From IMG/VR virus record IMGVR_UViG_3300013370_000002, positions 1-64,000 of that record: a DNA stretch of 64,000 nucleotides. One strand, given 5' to 3'. Source of the DNA: an uncultured virus (IMG/VR IMGVR_UViG_3300013370_000002). Taxonomy: Duplodnaviria; Heunggongvirae; Uroviricota; Caudoviricetes. Shown in pieces: positions 56,745-64,000 of the stretch (positions are counted from its first letter, which is position 1; every line of letters begins with the position of its first letter). The position numbers were made by a program, and so were the translations under genes. Under the pieces are notes generated by a model. That model ran no database searches and was not told where the DNA came from. It saw only the letters and a list, made by a program, of their open reading frames with translations.

Positions 56745-59700
56745 ATGAAAGAGAAACTTGCTAGATTAAAACGACTACAAACCGCGCTTGCCAGCCTAAA
56801 AGCGGCCAATGATATTAAAAGCCGTATAGCCGCCGCTAAAGAGCTGACCGCTGTGCTAAAAGAGCTTGGCGCGTTTGCTAAAGCTAAGCCGCTAGATAGC
56901 ACAGCGCCTACCAGTAAAGACGCTACTACCAAAAAGATAGTTAATCGAACCACTATCGCTATTCCAGACAAGCCAGCCGCCCGTCAAAAAGCCAATGACA
57001 CTGCTATCGCTTTACTGGATGAGATACAAGGTAAAGGCTTAACCCGTGACGATCTAACTGATGAGCAAATAGAGGTTTTAGCTAAATATACCGGTAGTGG
57101 TGGCGGATTAACCGCTAAAGATGGTCGCCGCGGGTCAGCTTATGAATATTACACGCCTGAAGCAGTCGCGCAGTCTGTTTGGGATTTAGCAAGTGAGATG
57201 GGTTTTAGTGGCGGCAAGGTGCTTGATCCGAGTGCTGGCACGGGCATTTTCGCAGCAACCAGCCCAGAAAGCGCAGTCGTAGATAGTATTGAGCTTGATG
57301 AGACATCAGGCGGTATTGCTCAGATACTAAACGATGGTGAGCGCAGTAAAACGATTATCTCTCCTTTTGAGGCGCAAGCCGCGCTTATCGCTGATGACAG
57401 CCTTGATATGGTAGTGACCAATGTACCCTTTGGTGACAATAAGACACGCGGGGCTAATGCAACGCTTGATAAAGCCTATCAAAAAGAGTCGCTTGAGAAT
57501 TACTTTATCTTACGATCACTTGAAAAGGTGAAGCATGGCGGCCTCGCTATATTTGTGACACCAACGTCCGTAGTATCTGGCAAAAAAGCGGATAAGAAAA
57601 AGTTGCGCAAGCTCACTAGCTTAAAAGCTGACTTTTTGGGCGCGTATCGCTTGCCTACCAGTGTGTTTGAGCAGACGGGCGCGGACGTGGTAACAGACGT
57701 TATCGTTTATCGTAAACATAGCCGCGATGCTATAGAGCAAATTAACGACTTATACCAAGCGGGTGATATTGACGCCCTCGTTAACAGCAACGTGCTATGG
57801 GATGGCTATTTAAGCGGCAATTACTTTAAAAAGGCTGAGCATAAGCGCTTTATTTTAGGCGATGTGGTTAGTGAAAAAGATCGCTGGGGCAAAATGGCTG
57901 AAAAAGTCGTTAGCACTAAAAAGACACCTGAAATTGCCAAAATGATGAAAAAGTTTGGTGACAGCCGTATTGATTGGAATATGCTAGGCGCGGCTGGCGC
58001 TGAGATTATCGACTATAAAAACGGTGATGTAGTATTTCAAGACGGCAAGCAGTTAGAGTATCAAGACGGACGCTGGCAGGCGATAGAAAAAGAAGTGACT
58101 AGCACCGAGCTTGAAATACAACAGCAGCTTGCCAGCATGGGTAGCGCTATCGACATGGTGATGGCTCGCGTGACCTATGAGCAGATAAGCGCCACGTTTG
58201 AGTATAGCCAAAAAACTGGTCAAGCAGGATTGATCCCTAGCGATGCTTTGTCCATGTTAGATCGCGCCTCAAAGAGCGTGACTTCTGATCGCGCGGCTGC
58301 ATGGAACTGCGTATTGTGTGCGCAAGCTATCCGGGAGGCTATTGAGCTACATGAATACGGCTATGACTTTAAGAATGGCGAGCCTGAAATCACAGATTTT
58401 ATGAAATACGCGTTTTTGGATGGCAAAAACACTAAGTTATCTGGTGACGCTAAGCAAGATCATAAATTCGTAGCACTGTATTATGCCAATGGCAAGTATA
58501 ACGATGCTTGGCTTGGTAATATCAATAGCGAGGTTGTCGATAATGGCGCCGCTAAGAGCTATCAAAGCGTTATTGCGCGTATGCAGTACGAAAACAAAAG
58601 TCTTTACGTCACCCCTGAGCAGTTAAAACAGATTGATCCCGCCGCTGATCCAATCAGTAACGATGACTGGTTTACTAATCATGATGGCAGTCAGATTATC
58701 GCCGCTAATGACTTCTTAGTTGGTAGTTTGTCAGACCGCTTAAAAGATATCGATAATCAGATTGAACTTACTAATGATGAGCAGATTAAAGCCAAACTAA
58801 TTAAGCAAAAATCCATTGCTCGTGACAGCGTGGCGCGTATCGATGTTAAGCGCCTTGAGCTTGATCTTCGCACCCCGCTTATTAGTGCTGAAGATAAGGT
58901 AAGGTTTTTAAAGCAAACGGTCCATAAAGACGCTTTTGTCGCTTATAACGCACAAGGTCGCGGCATTGCAGATATCGATATTAAAGGCAGTAGCACCAAA
59001 GACAGCCTTGAGAAAAAAGACAAGGATAAGCTATATAACCGTATCGGTGACTGGCTTGGCAAAGGAACTGTCACGCTAGGCAGCGTTAAGCTTGAGACTA
59101 TGAGTCAACGTGACGCCCTAAACTGGATGACGGAGCAGATCAATACCGCAAACATCAAGTTTAATTCATGGGTTAAGGCCAATAAAAACATCATGTCAGG
59201 TCTTGAGGCTATGATGACCAATGAGGACAATTTATACTTTACTCAAAACGCAGATGAGACGCCGATTGACATTGCTGGCATGAATCCAGCGCTTAGTTTG
59301 CATGGCTATCAAAATGCCGAAGTGCGCAAACAAGGTCGCTTCTTTGGTGGTATTAACGGCTTCAGTGTTGGACTTGGTAAAACATTTACCTCACTTGCCA
59401 GCGTGCAGCATGTGCATAATATTGGCGTTAAAAAGAAAACGATTTTTGTGGTCCCTAATAGCGTGCTGTCCAACTGGCGTAAAGAGGCTACCTTCGCCTA
59501 TCAGAACACCGATGATTGTATTTTTATAGGCTTACGCGAGGACGGCGAAAAATTCCGTGTCATGTCAAACAAATATGACGAGGACTTGCTGGCTGCTATC
59601 GATGGCAAGTACCGAAAAATATTCATGACGCTTGAGGCATTCAAGCGCATTCGCTTGAAGGACAACACGCTAGGCGATTATGCGGACTACATCAAGCAAA

Positions 59701-62700
59701 ACGATACCGCTTTTGCTGAAAAAGAGCTGCAAAAAGATGACGAAAAGGTAAACGGTTTAACCGCTGAGCTTATCGAGCGTTTGACAATGAACAGTAATGC
59801 GCCATTTTTGGAGGACATGCGCGTAGATAGCGTGGTGATTGATGAGGCTCATGCCTTTAAAAACTCTATTACAGCGCCTAACACCGATGACCGTATTAAA
59901 TATCTATCACAGCCTGGTCAATCAGCGCGTGGTGAGGATGCACAAGCCAAGCTTTGGTATGTACGTGGCAGCACGCCTAATAATGATGGTGTGCAGCTAC
60001 TCACAGCGACGCCTATTACCAATAGTCCGCTTGAGATTTACTCTATGTTATCGCTGGCAAGTGGCCGTAATACGATTAATAAAATGTGTGGCGGTATAAA
60101 CGGTGCTGATGACTTCATTCAGATCATGTGCCAAATTCAAGAGGAGGTTATGCCAACCATTGATGGCGGCGAACGCTCGCAAAACGTCTTTACTGGTATT
60201 CGTAACGCTAATATATTGCGTACCGTCATCGGATCAAACGCGGTCATTAAAGACGCGCAAGATGTCGGTATGTCAGTGGTTATACCGGACCGTGAAGAGG
60301 TCGCTACTGAGGTTAATTTAGGTAAAGGGGTAATGGATCAACTTCGTATGTTCCAAGATGCTTATACCGTCGCTAAACAGCTTGAGAAAGATCAGCTGGA
60401 TAATGAGCTTGCAGATATCAATCATCCGCAAAGCCCGTTTAACCCCAATAGCCCGTTTAGCATTATTCAGAAAAAATACGGTGAGGAAGTGGAGCTTATG
60501 GCTCATCCGTTTAACTTGATCCGCAAAATGGATGTGATGATTGCAGATAGCGAGTTTAGCGAAATGGCAACCTTCTACGACTTCGAGAAGTCACAAGAAA
60601 AGCTTGCGCAATCAGTCATTGATAAGTTCAATAAAAAAGCGTACTCAGACAGCCGTAAACGCTTAAGCCCTTACACTGACAAGGAAAATGCTGAAGCGGT
60701 CTACACTAAAGACGGTGATACAAAGGTTTTCAAAGAGTATAAAATCACAGTTGAGGCTAAGATTGTGCTGCATGATGGGCGCAAACGTATTGTTGTTGAC
60801 ACCTTGAACGGTAAGACGCAATCGAGATTTGAAGATATTGCAGACAAAGATAAACTTAATCTCGATGTGACTACCTCCGCCAAAATAGCCGCTATGCTTG
60901 AAAACTTTAAGACTGAGCAGGCAGAGCCGCGCGGTGCTAACTCAGATGGTACTGCTAGCAATATCGTTAAGCAGATTATCTTTTGCGATCATCTATTTTT
61001 GCATAACAAGATTAAAAAATTAATTGCTAAGCGGGCAGGCGTGCCAGCCAGCAAAATAGCTATCATTACCGGGCAGATCAACAATGAGCCGGATGAGATG
61101 ATCGACATTCAAGATGGGTTTAATGCTGAGAGTGATGATAATCAATACCAGGTTATTATTGCCAACAAAAAAGCTGAGGTTGGTATTAACTTGCAGCGTG
61201 GTACGCAAGCAATCCACCACTTAACAACCGGTTGGACCCCTGATAGCTTAGAGCAGCGTAACGGACGTGGTGCCCGCCAAGGTAACAAGACGCAAAAGGT
61301 TGCTATTTATCATTACGATGCTGATGGCACGTTTGATGAGTTTAAGCGCACGATGATCGATAAAAAAGATGAATGGATCAGCAGCGTCTTAAAAGACGAT
61401 GGTAAAAATACCATTGAGGTCACGGGTAGCATCTCACGTACTGAGCAAGACGCGCTTATCGCTACAATGGGTAACAAGGAGGCCATGCGCGAGTATCAAA
61501 CCACTAAGGACGCCAAAGAGAAAGAGGTCAGATATAACGCCGCCGTTAAGCGCCAAAGTATCAATATGGACGTAGTGCGTGAGCAGGCTAGCATGATGGC
61601 TGATCTTACTATCGATAAATTCTATGAGCAGGCTGTTATCAATGTAGTCAGTCTTATTCGTGACAATAGAACACTACTTACCAAAAATCAGAAATCTACC
61701 GCTAAAGCTGATACTCGCAAAAAGAATGAGCTGCTTTATGAGAACTCGAAACAGATCGCGCTTGATCAGTTAAGCGATATCTTGAACTCAGTAGGCGTGC
61801 AGCGCTACGATAAGGCCGAGGATTGGGATAGAACGCATAAGTATGTCCCGGTTGGCAGTATCGTTAGCCCTGATACTTCTGCTAACAATATCTATATCAG
61901 CATAATGAATGATACTACTGAGTACCCACCAAGCAAGACAGATGAGTGGGCCAAGAAGTTTTCTAATATGCAGATTTTAGGCAGCTCTTATAATCATAGT
62001 AACGATAAACTTATTATCAACGAGGGCAGCATCTATCAAGCGGCTTATGATGAGGTTAAAGAAACCGCTGAAGGACTTATTAATCAGTCCGTTATTGCGG
62101 CCAACTATATCGCTGAAGAGACGGGGATTGATGGTATTAGCTTGCCCGCTAACGCTGGCGAGCTAATCGCTAGAAAAGAGGCTGTCATTGTTAATGGCGT
62201 TTATATCCAAGTCGGATCAATCGTCATTAAACCGCAAGGGGCCGATAAACCTGATGATATTTATCTCGCTCGTATGGATGATGGTAAACTTACACTGAGT
62301 AAGGTTGGCAAAGCTTCTTTTGGTGGTACTTACTCTGTATCAAATAACACGCCATCCATTACCATGTTTATCGAGGCTGACATGGTGATTAATCCTAATA
62401 GCAGCCGCTACTTGAGTGCGATCAAGCAAATAGCCGCCTTTGAAGATAGTTTGCATCTACAAGGCGCTTTAAAGCCGCTGTCATTTAAGTATAGCGACGT
62501 GTTGCCAGAAGTCGCAGAATACCGCGATGATAGCATCAGACCTATCTGGAATATGAGTGCAGACTTTGGCGGCAGTCATGCCAACATTGAAAACAGTCCT
62601 ATAGCTATCATGTTGCCCTTGTTTGTTTTGAACGCTGGTACGCCATTTGCTAAAGCCATGCTGACACAGTATGCAAAGTACGGCTTTGAGATTAATATTG

Positions 62701-63668
62701 ATAACGGAACCTTTATCACTAAAGACGATGTTACCGTTAAGCGCGCTCACTACTACCCAGGGCAAACCGATTACTTTAACGCTGTTACTGATATTATTAA
62801 AAATAGCGGGGTTAAGATTACAGCAAGCGATAAAGAAATTATTGATAACGATCGTATCCCTTATGCCATACTAAAAGAAAATAGCGCTGCTACTTTTGAC
62901 GCTGTAGAGGCTGCCAAAGCATCGATAACGGCTGAGACTGATCCGGCAAGCTTTAATAAGATGGCTATAGATGTTTTCGATAACTATTTGTATGATGATA
63001 AGTATATCGACAAAGGACTTAGCGACGATGTTAAGCTAGCATTAATCAATGCCGCTTATAAAGATGCCTCACCTGGCTATATCAGATCATTTGATGTGAT
63101 AGAGTATTTTTCTGAAGCGTTAAAAAAAGCTGTTATCAGTGAAGCGGTAAGCAAGGCGGCAAAAAATGGTGATAGCGTCGAGCAGTTTTCAGAAAATCTA
63201 GGTTTGGATGGATCAAAACTGCAAGCGATTTTAGATGGCGGGGCGACTGAGCATAATATTAATGAGTTTGGACGCTTTGATAAACTAAAAAGCACGGTCG
63301 ACAAAGAAAAGGCAAAGGCGTATTTTGAGGCTTTTGAAGGTGGTAGTATTACCGCGCTCAAGACCAATATGAAAGTCGACTCCACATTGAGATCGTTTAT
63401 ATTGAGCAATAGCAAGGCGGCGGATGGTGAAGGCGATAGCGGTATTGCACCGGGTACAATAGTCTATATTGGCGGTGAAACCATGGCTAATAAGAAAACC
63501 ATCAAGGCTTATGCCAAGTCGCACGGCGTAGTGATTAGAGGCACAGTGCAAAAAGCATACTGGGACGGCCCCAATAGCGTATGGGTAACAAGTTTTATAG
63601 CATGGCAGAAAATGATAGAAGATAGACCGGCCCTAGCAGACGAACTCACCATACAAACTAAAATATAA
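56745..63668 (+). CDS. darB: DarB-like methyltransferase/SNF2-helicase anti-restriction protein
   Basis: KYTGSGG, EYYTP, LDPSAGTG, NVPFG; VGLGKT, IDEAH, TATP, EQRNGRGARQG; 2307 aa. Confidence 0.88.
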   Translation: MKEKLARLKRLQTALASLKAANDIKSRIAAAKELTAVLKELGAFAKAKPLDSTAPTSKDATTKKIVNRTTIAIPDKPAARQKANDTAIALLDEIQGKGLTRDDLTDEQIEVLAKYTGSGGGLTAKDGRRGSAYEYYTPEAVAQSVWDLASEMGFSGGKVLDPSAGTGIFAATSPESAVVDSIELDETSGGIAQILNDGERSKTIISPFEAQAALIADDSLDMVVTNVPFGDNKTRGANATLDKAYQKESLENYFILRSLEKVKHGGLAIFVTPTSVVSGKKADKKKLRKLTSLKADFLGAYRLPTSVFEQTGADVVTDVIVYRKHSRDAIEQINDLYQAGDIDALVNSNVLWDGYLSGNYFKKAEHKRFILGDVVSEKDRWGKMAEKVVSTKKTPEIAKMMKKFGDSRIDWNMLGAAGAEIIDYKNGDVVFQDGKQLEYQDGRWQAIEKEVTSTELEIQQQLASMGSAIDMVMARVTYEQISATFEYSQKTGQAGLIPSDALSMLDRASKSVTSDRAAAWNCVLCAQAIREAIELHEYGYDFKNGEPEITDFMKYAFLDGKNTKLSGDAKQDHKFVALYYANGKYNDAWLGNINSEVVDNGAAKSYQSVIARMQYENKSLYVTPEQLKQIDPAADPISNDDWFTNHDGSQIIAANDFLVGSLSDRLKDIDNQIELTNDEQIKAKLIKQKSIARDSVARIDVKRLELDLRTPLISAEDKVRFLKQTVHKDAFVAYNAQGRGIADIDIKGSSTKDSLEKKDKDKLYNRIGDWLGKGTVTLGSVKLETMSQRDALNWMTEQINTANIKFNSWVKANKNIMSGLEAMMTNEDNLYFTQNADETPIDIAGMNPALSLHGYQNAEVRKQGRFFGGINGFSVGLGKTFTSLASVQHVHNIGVKKKTIFVVPNSVLSNWRKEATFAYQNTDDCIFIGLREDGEKFRVMSNKYDEDLLAAIDGKYRKIFMTLEAFKRIRLKDNTLGDYADYIKQNDTAFAEKELQKDDEKVNGLTAELIERLTMNSNAPFLEDMRVDSVVIDEAHAFKNSITAPNTDDRIKYLSQPGQSARGEDAQAKLWYVRGSTPNNDGVQLLTATPITNSPLEIYSMLSLASGRNTINKMCGGINGADDFIQIMCQIQEEVMPTIDGGERSQNVFTGIRNANILRTVIGSNAVIKDAQDVGMSVVIPDREEVATEVNLGKGVMDQLRMFQDAYTVAKQLEKDQLDNELADINHPQSPFNPNSPFSIIQKKYGEEVELMAHPFNLIRKMDVMIADSEFSEMATFYDFEKSQEKLAQSVIDKFNKKAYSDSRKRLSPYTDKENAEAVYTKDGDTKVFKEYKITVEAKIVLHDGRKRIVVDTLNGKTQSRFEDIADKDKLNLDVTTSAKIAAMLENFKTEQAEPRGANSDGTASNIVKQIIFCDHLFLHNKIKKLIAKRAGVPASKIAIITGQINNEPDEMIDIQDGFNAESDDNQYQVIIANKKAEVGINLQRGTQAIHHLTTGWTPDSLEQRNGRGARQGNKTQKVAIYHYDADGTFDEFKRTMIDKKDEWISSVLKDDGKNTIEVTGSISRTEQDALIATMGNKEAMREYQTTKDAKEKEVRYNAAVKRQSINMDVVREQASMMADLTIDKFYEQAVINVVSLIRDNRTLLTKNQKSTAKADTRKKNELLYENSKQIALDQLSDILNSVGVQRYDKAEDWDRTHKYVPVGSIVSPDTSANNIYISIMNDTTEYPPSKTDEWAKKFSNMQILGSSYNHSNDKLIINEGSIYQAAYDEVKETAEGLINQSVIAANYIAEETGIDGISLPANAGELIARKEAVIVNGVYIQVGSIVIKPQGADKPDDIYLARMDDGKLTLSKVGKASFGGTYSVSNNTPSITMFIEADMVINPNSSRYLSAIKQIAAFEDSLHLQGALKPLSFKYSDVLPEVAEYRDDSIRPIWNMSADFGGSHANIENSPIAIMLPLFVLNAGTPFAKAMLTQYAKYGFEINIDNGTFITKDDVTVKRAHYYPGQTDYFNAVTDIIKNSGVKITASDKEIIDNDRIPYAILKENSAATFDAVEAAKASITAETDPASFNKMAIDVFDNYLYDDKYIDKGLSDDVKLALINAAYKDASPGYIRSFDVIEYFSEALKKAVISEAVSKAAKNGDSVEQFSENLGLDGSKLQAILDGGATEHNINEFGRFDKLKSTVDKEKAKAYFEAFEGGSITALKTNMKVDSTLRSFILSNSKAADGEGDSGIAPGTIVYIGGETMANKKTIKAYAKSHGVVIRGTVQKAYWDGPNSVWVTSFIAWQKMIEDRPALADELTIQTKI

Positions 63669-63677
63669 GGGATATTT

Positions 63678-64000
63678 ATGAATTATTTATTTGATAAAGA
63701 TGATCTAGCAGATAGAACGCAAGCCACTATCAAGTCGCTTGCTAAAAATAAGCCAGACGTAAATTTTACTGAGTTTGCTGCTAGCGTGATATTTGATCGC
63801 CTAAAGAGCAATATACAGCGATACCGCGTTTATGGTCCTTATTGGTGGGCACTAAAAGACGTGCTACGCCGTATGGATTATAACGTAGGCGATGAGACGG
63901 ATAGCGACATGGCTGGCAAGTATTGCGGAAGTAGTGACGCTGAAACACTGGTAGCAGCGGACGCCTTTTATCTTGATATGAGTAAAACCAAGCCAGTCAA
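63678..64000 (+). CDS. Ulx-like protein (partial, runs off the window)
   Basis: MNYLFDK...RYRVYGPYWWALK...; directly after darB, as ulx is in P1. Confidence 0.6.
   Translation, partial: MNYLFDKDDLADRTQATIKSLAKNKPDVNFTEFAASVIFDRLKSNIQRYRVYGPYWWALKDVLRRMDYNVGDETDSDMAGKYCGSSDAETLVAADAFYLDMSKTKPV

Larger units (their letters stand above)
61..64000. mobile_element. Integrated prophage (lambdoid early region plus P1-like myovirus late region), continuing beyond the right edge
   Basis: tRNA 3'-fragment att at the left end, then continuous phage gene content (repressor, replication, terminase, capsid, sheath, baseplate, lysis, Dar) to the end of the window. Confidence 0.95.

Overview
The window is the left ~64 kb of one integrated prophage. 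The host is probably a Moraxellaceae member such as Psychrobacter, which is inferred from composition and gene style only. It starts at a displaced 3' half of a tRNA-Ile2(CAT) gene that serves as the att site. A lambdoid early region follows: Xis-like protein, ExoX-like nuclease, MazG-like protein, Sak4/SSB-like pair, cI/cro/cII with operators, Rha, and O/P-like replication with iterons. The late region is a rearranged P1-like myovirus set: terminase with a mini-intein, portal, head-processing protein, capsid, sheath, tube, baseplate, tape measure, tail fibre and a lysis cassette. It also encodes a P1-type virion-packaged anti-restriction set (Hdf-like, a DarA-DdrB polyvalent fusion, DarB, Ulx-like). 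The strongest observations are: (1) an HsdR-C-terminus-like segment at the end of DarB; (2) ten GGAACAC-N26/27-(-10) late promoters, several coupled to RBS-occluding hairpins; (3) a GGGAAAG -1 frameshift site joining a duplicated sheath-N-like anchor domain to a cargo domain; (4) a DGR-target-like C-type-lectin protein with no reverse transcriptase in the window; (5) a recurring FD|S/A candidate maturation motif in head proteins; (6) a 9-mer present at least 40 times; (7) an Mrr-like moron. No integrase or right att site is in the window. Family assignments come from recalled motifs, not from database searches.
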